61,325 bases of DNA, from the IMG/VR virus record IMGVR_UViG_3300032321_000377, positions 1-61,325 of that record. One strand, 5' to 3'. The DNA comes from a virus (Duplodnaviria; Caudoviricetes). The first letter of the stretch is position 1, and each line of letters begins with the position of its first letter. The notes below the pieces were generated by a model that ran no database searches, was not told the DNA's origin, and worked only from the letters and a program-made list of their open reading frames with translations. Shown in pieces: positions 35,745-44,607 of this stretch. The translations under genes were made by a program, and so were the position numbers.

Positions 35745-35901
35745 TCGCTTTTCTTTCGTCTAGTTCTACTTTGCCTTTTTCTATAATGTAGTCGTTTAGA
35801 TTTAACCCAAGTTTCTCCGCAAGGGTTATTTCTGCATCGTGAACATAGAACTGATGGATTACTTTTTTAGTGTCTGTGTTTCGTATTTTAATTAGCTTCA
35901 T
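35725..35901 (-). CDS. 58-aa protein resembling the scaffold C-terminal motif
   Basis: MKLIKIRNTDTKKVIHQFYVHDAEITLAEKLGLNLNDYIIEKGKVELDERKANEPNND*. ATGA-coupled to the upstream gene. Confidence 0.65.
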   Translation of the reverse strand: MKLIKIRNTDTKKVIHQFYVHDAEITLAEKLGLNLNDYIIEKGKVELDERKANEPNND

Positions 35902-36131
35902 TTCTTTTTCTTCTTAGGCACTTGTTCTTCTAGCGCATTTAGGCGCATCAAGTCTTCTACTTGGGACTCTAGCTTATTGCTAAGGTCTTCTAAAATATCT
36001 CGGCAAGCCCACACTGCACCGCTATAAGGGTCTCCTACATCTTCGGCTACTAACTCCAAAATGTCTTTTACGTTACTAATCCGATAAGCTAGACTGGATA
36101 TATCGTTTACCTTCTCCCAAATCCCGTTCAT
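35898..36131 (-). CDS. Hypothetical protein
   Basis: Helical ORF, ATGA coupling. Confidence 0.7.
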   Translation of the reverse strand: MNGIWEKVNDISSLAYRISNVKDILELVAEDVGDPYSGAVWACRDILEDLSNKLESQVEDLMRLNALEEQVPKKKKK

Positions 36132-36340
36132 TTTTTCACCACCTTCTTCGCTGGTTTTTTATCTAGCTTCTTGCGTAGCTTCATACCCTCTTGGGCATTT
36201 TTGTTTTCGGCTATAAATTGTTTGAGTATTGACAACATCCCCTCTTGAACTAGGAACTCTAGCCCTTCTTTGTCAAAGTGCACCAACGCATCTGCTGATC
36301 CATCTTTGTTTTCTTTAACAATTTCTATCTTTACGTCCAT
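36128..36340 (-). CDS. Hypothetical protein (ENxDGSA motif)
   Basis: SD AGGAG; KENKDGSAD motif. Confidence 0.7.
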   Translation of the reverse strand: MDVKIEIVKENKDGSADALVHFDKEGLEFLVQEGMLSILKQFIAENKNAQEGMKLRKKLDKKPAKKVVKK

Positions 36341-36341
36341 T

Positions 36342-36770
36342 TCATTCTCCTAAATATACAAAGCCAAACTCGCTCGTGGGCACATCGTAAAACATCTCGC
36401 CCCTAGGTACTTTGTAGTTACTGATCTCTCGTATAGGGTAATCCCTGATCTTGTTGGTTTCAATCCAATAAGCGTGTCGCATATCTTTTGTCAAAGCAAA
36501 AAACAATACCCGAGCACCAAAGAACTTTGTCTTCCTCTCGGGCACATGGATTGTGGGGTATGGGCAGTTCGGACTCCATTGGCGGACTTCTACCTCTGCA
36601 TAACCGATAACTTTATTACCCCTAGACAATACTAAATCAACCCCATACTGATCTTTATTAGGGTAAATCCTTACGTCACAAGTTCTTTCCATGTAGTTAC
36701 GCACCGCAAGTTTAGCGGGCATATCATACTTGTCGTGTAGTTCTTGCTCGAACGGCTTTCTCACTAGCAA
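36342..36770 (-). CDS. Putative PD-(D/E)XK-fold nuclease-like protein
   Basis: YGVDL...YAEVEVR spacing. Confidence 0.5.
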   Translation of the reverse strand: MLVRKPFEQELHDKYDMPAKLAVRNYMERTCDVRIYPNKDQYGVDLVLSRGNKVIGYAEVEVRQWSPNCPYPTIHVPERKTKFFGARVLFFALTKDMRHAYWIETNKIRDYPIREISNYKVPRGEMFYDVPTSEFGFVYLGE

Positions 36771-36964
36771 CGACCATCCATATCGAAATTGTCGCCATTT
36801 CTTAAGCGATCATTTTCTTCTGCCAACTGACTCATATAGCTAGCAATAACATCAATCATCATATGTAAACGCTTGGCTTCGTCTGTCGGCAATCGTGCCA
36901 TCAGTCTTCCCACATTTATAAACGCTTCGTTAACATCTGCTCTTGTAAATTCTAAATCAGTCAT
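36764..36964 (-). CDS. Hypothetical protein
   Basis: Likely start MTDLEF, with SD GAGGAG. Confidence 0.6.
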   Translation of the reverse strand: MTDLEFTRADVNEAFINVGRLMARLPTDEAKRLHMMIDVIASYMSQLAEENDRLRNGDNFDMDGRC

Positions 36965-37127
36965 TCTTTTTCTCCTCACGGGGGTCGTGTAATACTGCCG
37001 CTTTCTTTTCTTCGTACTGTTGCTTGGGAGTTTTCTTCCCAAATATCTTTTCCCATTGGCTATCAAACTGCTCCATTGGTACACCTAAAGGTCTTGGTGT
37101 ATCACCCTTGCCACCATCTCTAGTCAT
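36957..37127 (-). CDS. Small phage protein with GGKGD.PRP...W..IF motif (56 aa)
   Basis: Hand translation MTRDGGKGDTPRPLGVPMEQFDSQWEKIFGKK... Confidence 0.7.
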   Translation of the reverse strand: MTRDGGKGDTPRPLGVPMEQFDSQWEKIFGKKTPKQQYEEKKAAVLHDPREEKKND

Positions 37128-37308
37128 GTATTCCATGCTCCATTAGTTTCTTTTTTAATCGTTGGCACTCCGCTTGGGCTATGCGAATTTGATCTCGGAG
37201 CATCTGCTCTGTATCTTCCTTGTCTTGCAACTGCACCATTCCAAAAAATGGAATCGGCTCAACTGTTACTTCTGCATCAATGCGGTCTTGGGTAGTAAAG
37301 GTAGTCAT
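37120..37308 (-). CDS. Hypothetical protein
   Basis: Starts MTTFTTQDR; C-terminal coiled coil. Confidence 0.65.
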   Translation of the reverse strand: MTTFTTQDRIDAEVTVEPIPFFGMVQLQDKEDTEQMLRDQIRIAQAECQRLKKKLMEHGIHD

Positions 37309-37611
37309 TTAAAAGCCTTTCAATGTTGGTAAGTCAGGTAAAGATGGCAAGCTAACAGCGCCAGGAAGCGATGGGCTAACCATAGGAAAAACAAGTGATG
37401 GTGTGTTAATCGGATTCATATGCGGGCCAGATACAACTGGAGCACTCATGTACGCAACGGGTTTACCATTAGCATCCATGTAAACAATCTGACCCCCACT
37501 ATTAACGGAATACATAAACGGCTTACCATTCCCATCCAAATAGGTAGCCATCTGAGCACTACAAACTCCAACTGTAAATGTAGCTATTAAGCCACTTAAT
37601 ATCTTATTCAT
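37309..37611 (-). CDS. Secreted protein with signal peptide
   Basis: MNKILSGLIATFTVGVCSA-Q; duplicated Y.D.NGKP motif; Pro-rich tail. Confidence 0.65.
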   Translation of the reverse strand: MNKILSGLIATFTVGVCSAQMATYLDGNGKPFMYSVNSGGQIVYMDANGKPVAYMSAPVVSGPHMNPINTPSLVFPMVSPSLPGAVSLPSLPDLPTLKGF

Positions 37612-37783
37612 TACTTTTTCTTTTCTCCTTAGCATATCGTGGGCTACTTCTTTTCTCTGAACAAGCCGTACACTGCCACCTATTAATTTTTCCTATTAGC
37701 ATCTTGCCGTACTCTGCTGGTTTCATTAGCTGACAACTTGTACAAAAGCGTTTATTTGTACTGCCATCAATTTTTTCTAACAT
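37604..37783 (-). CDS. Zn-finger protein (59 aa)
   Basis: Hand translation shows RFCTSC...RWQCTAC. Confidence 0.65.
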   Translation of the reverse strand: MLEKIDGSTNKRFCTSCQLMKPAEYGKMLIGKINRWQCTACSEKRSSPRYAKEKRKSNE

Positions 37784-37955
37784 ACTTCCTCTTTTTAATT
37801 GTTGCTATGCCTTCATCAGTTTCGTCTTTGGTTCGTGTTGCTACCATCATGTCTGCTATCTCCCAAATTTCTTCGGCACTTCTAGGCTCACCACTCATCA
37901 TCGAGCCAGCTAAAGCAAATCCAGCAAACATATCCCTCAGGTCTTGTTCATTCAT
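37767..37955 (-). CDS. Conserved small phage protein
   Basis: LRDMFAGFAL.G....IAD.M motif. Confidence 0.75.
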   Translation of the reverse strand: MNEQDLRDMFAGFALAGSMMSGEPRSAEEIWEIADMMVATRTKDETDEGIATIKKRKYVRKN

Positions 37956-38691
37956 GATTACTAATCTCCTGATGGTCGGGGTGTCGTGCTATGTTGTTTT
38001 GGTCTAACTCTATGATGTTGTACCCAAGATCATGTAGATAATCAAATAGCTTCTTACGTTTTTCCTGATACCAAGGCTTCCATGTCCACGCTTCAAAGAT
38101 AATTGGGGGGTAATTGCTTTCTTCTATGGTTAGTTTTGCACCATGCAATACTTCAAGTTCATGCCCCTCAACGTCTATCTTGATTAGCTTCACGTCGGTA
38201 AAGATAAAGTCATCTAGTGGAAAGGTACGTATTTCCTGTATCTTCCCCTTAGAACTGCACTCATAGTCGTGCTTACGAACTTCCTCATTGATACTAAATG
38301 CGCCGATATTTCCTTCGACTGCATAGTCGGGCATGATAGGATTAAGTACGTCATACTTATCAGATAGTGCGTTAGTATTTATAAAGACATTCTCTAAGCC
38401 GTTAATGATTATGTTTGCGCCTAGCTGGTAACTGATAATACGTTGAGGTTCAAAAGCATAGAACTCTATGTTCGGGTGCTTCTTTGCTAATGGGATACAG
38501 TAGCTACCCAAGTTAGCCCCGATGTCCAACACTTTGCCATACCCCGTATGTTTGCTTAGGATGTTTGTAGATAGTGCGTGAAGATCATTTTCGTATCCAC
38601 CATTACGCAAGGCATTAGATACTAAGTCAGTCCCTTTAAATACAAGGAACTGCGCATCCATTGAGTCAATTAGTTCACAGTTTGGAATCAT
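37948..38691 (-). CDS. FkbM-family SAM-dependent methyltransferase
   Basis: VLDIGANLG, AFEP and IKIDVEGHE..VL.GA. Confidence 0.92.
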   Translation of the reverse strand: MIPNCELIDSMDAQFLVFKGTDLVSNALRNGGYENDLHALSTNILSKHTGYGKVLDIGANLGSYCIPLAKKHPNIEFYAFEPQRIISYQLGANIIINGLENVFINTNALSDKYDVLNPIMPDYAVEGNIGAFSINEEVRKHDYECSSKGKIQEIRTFPLDDFIFTDVKLIKIDVEGHELEVLHGAKLTIEESNYPPIIFEAWTWKPWYQEKRKKLFDYLHDLGYNIIELDQNNIARHPDHQEISNHE

Positions 38692-38707
38692 TTCTCTTGT
38701 GCCTTTC
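38688..38707 (-). repeat. 20-bp gene-junction direct repeat, copy 1
   Basis: Minus strand GAAAGGCACAAGAGAAATGA, identical to 38966..38985. Confidence 0.85.
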
Positions 38708-38969
38708 TTTCGTAAACAATTTCAAATTCGTGAGGTATTTTCATAAGTTCAATTTTCTTTTCTAAAAACGATTGAGCTTCTTCTAAAGTATCAAACCCAG
38801 CCCCTCTGCCGTTATTAAGAACTGTTGTCCAAACATAACTTGATGGCTTCTTTGCCCAAGGATTCCAACCACGCCACACCAACACCTTTTGCTCGCATAG
38901 AAAAAGTGAGCTACTTCTAAACGTGCTTTTGGTTATTCGATATTCGTCTGTATCTTCAAATTTGCTCAT
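38688..38969 (-). CDS. Hypothetical protein ending KAQEK
   Basis: ORF bounded by the two 20-bp repeats. Confidence 0.7.
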   Translation of the reverse strand: MSKFEDTDEYRITKSTFRSSSLFLCEQKVLVWRGWNPWAKKPSSYVWTTVLNNGRGAGFDTLEEAQSFLEKKIELMKIPHEFEIVYERKAQEK

Positions 38970-38985
38970 TTCTCTTGTGCCTTTC
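38966..38985 (-). repeat. 20-bp gene-junction direct repeat, copy 2
   Basis: Identical to 38688..38707. Confidence 0.85.
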
Positions 38986-39253
38986 CATCATAAGTTCGTA
39001 AATCTCTGTTGGTTAGCGTTGTGTGTAATTGAAGTTTTAACGCATCTACTTCAGCTTGTGCTTCTTGCCAGTATTTTTCCATTACTTTTGCGCTTTGGTT
39101 TGCGTATGTTCTTTTAAATATTTCATCTAGGCATGACTTTTTTAATGCCTCAATTTCCTCTTGTTGCTGGCGTAGCATGGTGGCACATTGCCTTGAAATC
39201 CATAATTCACCAGTAACTTCAATCAATTCATCAGCTAATTCATTTGCGGTCAT
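38966..39253 (-). CDS. Coiled-coil protein ending KAQEK
   Basis: MTANELADEL...ATMLRQQQEEIEALK. Start uncertain. Confidence 0.65.
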   Translation of the reverse strand: MTANELADELIEVTGELWISRQCATMLRQQQEEIEALKKSCLDEIFKRTYANQSAKVMEKYWQEAQAEVDALKLQLHTTLTNRDLRTYDGKAQEK

Positions 39254-39310
39254 AACAAATACCATTCCCTTTCTTGGCGGTTTATCCACGCTACTGGTTC
39301 ATTGTTCACA

Positions 39311-40081
39311 TTAACCTCTTGGTAAAGTACCGCTAAAGTTATAAGTACCGCTATGCGTTAGTTTCGCCCAAGGTGCGGCATAAACTTTAAAGCCAGCTTT
39401 ACGGGCAATCTTGCAGAAGTGGTAGTCCTCAGATAGCAGTCGGTTTGTGTCTTCGTCAATGCTGGTATCAAAGAACTCGCTAATAACTTTCTTAGTAGGG
39501 TTCTTATCCACAATAAGAATCATGTCATTGGTGTAAGTTGGTACTAAAGGTTTTAGAACGTCAAAGACATTACGCTTAATCAACATAAAGCCTGTACCGC
39601 CGTTATCAATCTCCATCGGCTCATTAACATTTCCTGTGGACTCTAACGCACCACCTACTAGATTAACCACAAAAGAGCCTGTGTAGTTAGGCAAGTCTTT
39701 GTAGTCAACACCTTTGTTAACCGCATTGTGAATTAACTGCCAGTTAATTTCTTTCTTCGGGTATAAACCGCAGATGATGTCTTTGTCCGCTTGAATCATA
39801 CGCACAATATCATTAGGGTCAAAACTAATATCGGCATCAATAAACATTAAGTGAGTAGCCTCTGACTGCATAAAGTCATAAGCCATGCCATTACGAGCAC
39901 GGGTGATTAGGGACTCGTTCATCATGTAAGAGTAATACATCTGAATGTTGTTCTGCATAAATGTCTGTACGCAGTTCAAAATACCCATGGTGTAACCACC
40001 TACGCACATACCACCATACATCGGTGTGGCTATGAATAGTTTAGTTTTTGTTTGTTGCTTTGGTTCAGTTATTTCTAACAT
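39311..40081 (-). CDS. Glycosyltransferase-like protein (GT-A fold)
   Basis: FIATP, ARN, FIDAD (DxD), GTGFMLIKR and SEDY.FC. Confidence 0.8.
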   Translation of the reverse strand: MLEITEPKQQTKTKLFIATPMYGGMCVGGYTMGILNCVQTFMQNNIQMYYSYMMNESLITRARNGMAYDFMQSEATHLMFIDADISFDPNDIVRMIQADKDIICGLYPKKEINWQLIHNAVNKGVDYKDLPNYTGSFVVNLVGGALESTGNVNEPMEIDNGGTGFMLIKRNVFDVLKPLVPTYTNDMILIVDKNPTKKVISEFFDTSIDEDTNRLLSEDYHFCKIARKAGFKVYAAPWAKLTHSGTYNFSGTLPRG

Positions 40082-40083
40082 TG

Positions 40084-40515
40084 TTAACCTCTAATAAGTT
40101 GTGCTACTTTTTCTTCCAAGTATGCTACTACTGCTTGGGAATTGAGGAACATAGTTTTAGCTTGGGTATAGTCTCGCTCTAGCACGTCGTACTTACGCTT
40201 CCACATGTGTGTCCACTCAGTAAGTTCATTAATATCTTTCTCAAGGGTCTGTACATACTTAAGTGTTATCTTGGAGTCGATTGTATTATCTTTGTTAGTA
40301 GGTTTACTAACGGGTATCGTACTCGTCTGAGTCTGCGAGATGTATACACCATCTTCTTCCTTAGCGATCTTCTTCTCTTTGTGTAGTCTGTTCAATGCGT
40401 TATACACATTACCAGCTTTAGCTTTTGTAATAGCAATAAGTTCCTTCGGCTTCTTACCACCTTGGGTATTTAATACATTAAGAATTTGTTGCACTACTGA
40501 TATTTTCTTTTTCAT
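40084..40515 (-). CDS. Winged-HTH protein with C-terminal coiled coil
   Basis: ILNVL...PKELI......VYNALNRL...I...G.Y wHTH pattern. Confidence 0.7.
   Translation of the reverse strand: MKKKISVVQQILNVLNTQGGKKPKELIAITKAKAGNVYNALNRLHKEKKIAKEEDGVYISQTQTSTIPVSKPTNKDNTIDSKITLKYVQTLEKDINELTEWTHMWKRKYDVLERDYTQAKTMFLNSQAVVAYLEEKVAQLIRG
40293..40312. promoter_or_regulatory. Palindrome GTTAGTA-N4-TACTAAC copy 1 (intragenic)
   Basis: tGTTAGTAggttTACTAACg. Confidence 0.75.
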
Positions 40516-40813
40516 AATTACTTTCTCCTGTTGTTAATAAAGAGGGTAGGTACTTAACGTCACCTTCCCGTACTACTAGGGCTACTCCACCAGCATCGAT
40601 GATCTTTTTAAGATTCATTTCTTGCAAGAGGGTTAGCTTCCCTTTCCCAGCTTTAGTTTCAATGCCGAAAAACTTACCTTCGAGGCAAACTAAAAAATCG
40701 GGTGCGCCTTGCCTACCATATCCGCCTGTAACTGGCATCACATAGTAAGCACCAAGCCCATCAAGGACTTGGCGCACAGATTTCTTGACTTTACCCTCGG
40801 GTGTAGTCGCCAC
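40478..40813 (-). CDS. VRR-NUC domain nuclease
   Basis: PE..VK, GAPDF, IETK, Q..GG motifs. Confidence 0.88.
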   Translation of the reverse strand: MATTPEGKVKKSVRQVLDGLGAYYVMPVTGGYGRQGAPDFLVCLEGKFFGIETKAGKGKLTLLQEMNLKKIIDAGGVALVVREGDVKYLPSLLTTGESNYEKENISSATNS

Positions 40814-41005
40814 TTATTTCTCCAAGAATGGAATTTTTGTGGTCTGTTTTGTGTGCGCATAGTAATCTAATTGCACCTTCGCCGAGTTAATCATCTTACC
40901 AGCAATGTTTGCTAACTCACTCGCATCAGTATGTTTGAGCGCACCGCCCCGCAAGTCAGCAAATACTTGTGATAGTTGATCTCTTAGTTCACTTACATTT
41001 TTCAT
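40814..41005 (-). CDS. Hypothetical protein
   Basis: ANIAGKMINSAKVQ; ATGA coupling. Confidence 0.7.
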   Translation of the reverse strand: MKNVSELRDQLSQVFADLRGGALKHTDASELANIAGKMINSAKVQLDYYAHTKQTTKIPFLEK

Positions 41006-41631
41006 TTCTCTAACTCCCTTTTAATCATTAGTTGTAAACGTTTTGCTTCGAGTAACTCCTTTGGTACTTCATTGGCTAGTAGTCTATACCCGCTACTTTT
41101 AGCCAACAGATGTGCAACATAACCATCTGTAATTTCTGCTACTAACTTCTTACTTGATTTGCGTATTACGGCTCTACGCATTTCAATAAACCTTTCAGGA
41201 TCTTTAGCCATCTGCCTAGCCTTCAATGCCTTACGTGCTTCCCCCACCTTCTCAGGGTTTTCTGCATACCTACGATCTCTAGCAATCTTTGCTACTTGCC
41301 GTATATGTTCTTTGTTATTAGCCCTGTATCGCTGAGTTAATTCTTTGAACCGCTCAGGATTTTTTTTCTGCCAATCCCTAGTAAGTTCTTTTACTCGATC
41401 TTTATTATTCTCAGCCCACTTCTTAGTAAGTTCTTTACACTTCTCCTTGTTAGCTTCACGATACGCACGTTGGTACGCACGTTTCTCCTCTAAGGTCTTT
41501 GTCGGTTTCTTAGGTTTGGGTGGGTGTGCTTGTGCATACTTCTCCCTAGCCTTAGCCCTTAAAGCCTCTGCATTTTTCTCACGATATGCTTTTTTACAAA
41601 CACGTCGCTTCTCCATATCTTTATATGGCAT
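41002..41631 (-). CDS. Basic helical-repeat protein
   Basis: Repeated (Y/W)xxxN(K/P)E units. Confidence 0.65.
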   Translation of the reverse strand: MPYKDMEKRRVCKKAYREKNAEALRAKAREKYAQAHPPKPKKPTKTLEEKRAYQRAYREANKEKCKELTKKWAENNKDRVKELTRDWQKKNPERFKELTQRYRANNKEHIRQVAKIARDRRYAENPEKVGEARKALKARQMAKDPERFIEMRRAVIRKSSKKLVAEITDGYVAHLLAKSSGYRLLANEVPKELLEAKRLQLMIKRELEK

Positions 41632-42028
41632 TGCTTTCTCCGTTAAAAACCCAATATACATTTCTACTTATTCTTCTACCTACACCCTTGACTTCTTCGT
41701 TTACTTTCGTATGGTCAAGTAGCATTAGTACAGAGATTTTATCTTGCACCCATTTTGGCAAGTCGTCAAGTGTTTCGTAATAATTTTTTAACTCGGGGTT
41801 AAAGGCATCCAACATCTCATAACATGTTGTTTGGACAGTATTATCCTCGTTAATTTCTATCCTATAAATGGGTTCTTCTTTGACCTTTTCAACATACATC
41901 AACAGCATTTCTTCGGGCGCACTAATGTTATGTTTAGTCCTATCCATATACACCCACGATAAATCGGTAAAGAAAGCTATATATAACTCCCTCTCCCGTT
42001 TCGCTTGCGGACTCATAAATCCACGCAT
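41621..42028 (-). CDS. Hypothetical protein; C-terminus resembles that of 42030..43025
   Basis: DLP.....ISVL.LL......GVG.R...YWV versus ELP.....IAVL.IL......NVG.K...FWV. Confidence 0.7.
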   Translation of the reverse strand: MRGFMSPQAKRERELYIAFFTDLSWVYMDRTKHNISAPEEMLLMYVEKVKEEPIYRIEINEDNTVQTTCYEMLDAFNPELKNYYETLDDLPKWVQDKISVLMLLDHTKVNEEVKGVGRRISRNVYWVFNGESNAI

Positions 42029-42029
42029 A

Positions 42030-43025
42030 TTAACCTCTCTCTACCCAAAAGGTAGAATCGTCTAACTTCATGCCAACATTGGCTACATACCCATCATTCT
42101 CTAGGATGTTTAATACCGCAATCTGCCCAGCTATGTCTTGTGGTAATTCGTTTACTAGATAACTTACTGCCTGTGCGTTCGTTGTATTCATCTTGACGTC
42201 CCACCGAATATCACGCACATCGAATACCTCTTGCAAATCGGCATAGGTAGAATCCCCTACTTGACGGAATCGTACAAATAATGCTGATACTTGACGCTTC
42301 TCTTGTTCCTCGTAGTCTTCGACAAGCTGGTCTACCTTATTGGCTAACTCCCTAAACTCGGGGGTAGTGAACTCCACACCTTGCTTCTTCAAGAACCGCA
42401 CCTCTTGTAGGATAGACATATGAGAAGTACCTACTTCTCTAGCCCCGTTATACATCTTGCCCTTGACTTGTTCCAATACCTTACTGACGTTGTGGTGGAT
42501 TGGTTCGTAGAAAGCCTGAGCTAACTCACGGGTGGTATACGGCACAAGATATTTAGATGCGTTCTTAACCGCCTTACCCATATCCTTAGTCATAATCATA
42601 TGGTGCTGGTCTCGGTGCGTAGCATACTTAGCGTTACTAATCTTACGGCTATACACTGCGTAGCTATTCTCCCCGCTCTTGACTGTGTTATCACCCCAGC
42701 CTACCCGACCTAGATCGAACGGAAAGTCATCCATATACGCAAACAGTTCATCACATACACGCATACTCCGAGTAGTCTGATACACCCCGTTCTCGTCATT
42801 CACGCTAACATTTCTAAGCACAAAAGTATTTGGGTAAAACTTTATTTTCGGCATCGCCTTTTGTACCCCCGTTGCGAACTCCAACAACTCCTTCTCCACA
42901 GGTATCCCCGCAAAGAAGTGCTGATGCCCCAAACTTTTAGCGTCTTCAACAATACCTTCTAACTTATCTTTATGCCCCACATCGGACATTACCTTACTGA
43001 TTCTTGCTAATTTTGGCATTTCCAT
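42030..43025 (-). CDS. Hypothetical early protein
   Basis: 331-aa ORF with SD AGGAG. Confidence 0.8.
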   Translation of the reverse strand: MEMPKLARISKVMSDVGHKDKLEGIVEDAKSLGHQHFFAGIPVEKELLEFATGVQKAMPKIKFYPNTFVLRNVSVNDENGVYQTTRSMRVCDELFAYMDDFPFDLGRVGWGDNTVKSGENSYAVYSRKISNAKYATHRDQHHMIMTKDMGKAVKNASKYLVPYTTRELAQAFYEPIHHNVSKVLEQVKGKMYNGAREVGTSHMSILQEVRFLKKQGVEFTTPEFRELANKVDQLVEDYEEQEKRQVSALFVRFRQVGDSTYADLQEVFDVRDIRWDVKMNTTNAQAVSYLVNELPQDIAGQIAVLNILENDGYVANVGMKLDDSTFWVERG

Positions 43026-43038
43026 TCTCCTGTTAATT

Positions 43039-43058
43039 TGTTAGTAACATTACTACCG
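43039..43058. promoter_or_regulatory. Palindrome copy 2 (1 mismatch)
   Basis: tGTTAGTAacatTACTAcC. Confidence 0.7.
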
Positions 43059-43952
43059 CATATCTACTGCTAACATACCGCCTGTCTTACGGATGGTCGC
43101 TCTGAACTTCGCCCATGAATCTTTGTTAGGGCTGAACCTACCATTCTCAATCGCATCTGCGCTGTACGCAAGCAAACCAGCTAGTGCCATACGCTTATCG
43201 TGCTCGGGGTTATCTAGGATTTCACGCACTAAGTTCTTATCAATGTAGCGTTCCCAATACCAATAGCTTGACTGACTATTTGTCAAGTCCATAGAGTATT
43301 GATTTTTAGCATCGCTTAAACTATCACCCATCACAGGCAACACGACTTGCATCCACTCCCACATCTCTTTCATCTTGGGCTTGTATTGTTGATCTACTGT
43401 CTTGTCAATGCGTCTTGTCTGCATTGGTACGAGATCACCCACACGAACGAACCCATCACCTTCGGCTTTAAACACTAGCTTGTTGTCCTGTGTCATCTTG
43501 AATGTCTTGGCTTGCCAGTTCATATCACCTTTGAACTTCGGTAAGTAATAGTCCTTGCCCTGATACTTGACAAAGTGTTTACCCGTAGTGGTGTACCAAT
43601 CGAACCGCATACCCATCGGCAAGAACGAATCCAAGAATGTATATCGAGATACTGAAATACCATCATTCATATGGCTACGCACAGTGATATAGTCACCATC
43701 ATCCTTACGCTCCCATACAATCGGCGCAGTTGTTTCTAGGATGTCCTGATGATTACCAAGTCCACTCCATGCCCAATGCCCATCACATAAGATGTATTTT
43801 GTGTCTGATACTTTGTGTACACGATTCCACCAGTACCTACGCTGGGCTAATGGTCTGATGTCCTCGTTCGCTCTCGCTCCACGAATAGGTACGATCTCGT
43901 TGTATGCTTTTGCTACTTGGTCAAAACTACTTAGTCTGTAATATCCGCTCAT
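43053..43952 (-). CDS. Hypothetical early protein
   Basis: Long ORF with SD GGAG. Confidence 0.8.
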   Translation of the reverse strand: MSGYYRLSSFDQVAKAYNEIVPIRGARANEDIRPLAQRRYWWNRVHKVSDTKYILCDGHWAWSGLGNHQDILETTAPIVWERKDDGDYITVRSHMNDGISVSRYTFLDSFLPMGMRFDWYTTTGKHFVKYQGKDYYLPKFKGDMNWQAKTFKMTQDNKLVFKAEGDGFVRVGDLVPMQTRRIDKTVDQQYKPKMKEMWEWMQVVLPVMGDSLSDAKNQYSMDLTNSQSSYWYWERYIDKNLVREILDNPEHDKRMALAGLLAYSADAIENGRFSPNKDSWAKFRATIRKTGGMLAVDMR

Positions 43953-43953
43953 T

Positions 43954-44115
43954 TTAATTCTCCACAAGTTGATTGATTAGGTTAGTGATACTGTTCCATG
44001 TTTTATCTGCTTCTTTGTTTAGTTTTTCAGTCATATGTTCCTCTACTGTCAGTTCTGTATAGTATTCAATCAATGAACGCAAGTCAGAACCTATTGCTTT
44101 TTTATCTATTGTCAT
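43954..44115 (-). CDS. Hypothetical protein
   Basis: Starts MTIDKKAIG, with SD AGGAG. Confidence 0.55.
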   Translation of the reverse strand: MTIDKKAIGSDLRSLIEYYTELTVEEHMTEKLNKEADKTWNSITNLINQLVEN

Positions 44116-44117
44116 CT

Positions 44118-44234
44118 TCACTCTCCTATAAAAAGTTCTATTACTTTGTTGGCAACATAAACCAATGAAGCCACTAGTCCCATAGCTACTGCACATACCA
44201 CCAGCCCTACTAGATAATTAGTGATCTCGTCCAT
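44118..44234 (-). CDS. Small single-TM protein (38 aa)
   Basis: MDEITNYLVGLVVCAVAMGLVASLVYVANK...; SD AGGAG. Confidence 0.55.
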   Translation of the reverse strand: MDEITNYLVGLVVCAVAMGLVASLVYVANKVIELFIGE

Positions 44235-44243
44235 ATCAATCTC

Positions 44244-44606
44244 CTAACACTTGTTCAATAAATCTTTTATGGTTTCTGAATAACTAGGTAGATAGGTCAT
44301 TCCCCAATCCATACGCAACCGCTCCCTAGCTTTATCAAGTGAATCCATAGCCTTGTCGTCTATACCTATTTGATACCGCTTCTTAGTTAAAGTTCCGTCA
44401 GGGTTCTTACGATAGTCGTGCATACTACCCAATGCCCTTAAACCTAACTTGCTTACTGTTGATTCAGTTATGCTCGGATAAGTCTTTTGCAATTCCTTTG
44501 CTATCTTTCCATAAGTAAGTCCCTTCAGCTTAAGTTCTTTTACGATTGGTTCACACGCTTCACGCATTAACCTTTCTTCTTTCCATAGTTTTGCCCAATC
44601 TGTCAT
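44244..44606 (-). CDS. HTH-containing protein
   Basis: GLTYGKIAKEL......TESTVSK. Confidence 0.6.
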   Translation of the reverse strand: MTDWAKLWKEERLMREACEPIVKELKLKGLTYGKIAKELQKTYPSITESTVSKLGLRALGSMHDYRKNPDGTLTKKRYQIGIDDKAMDSLDKARERLRMDWGMTYLPSYSETIKDLLNKC

Positions 44607-44607
44607 A

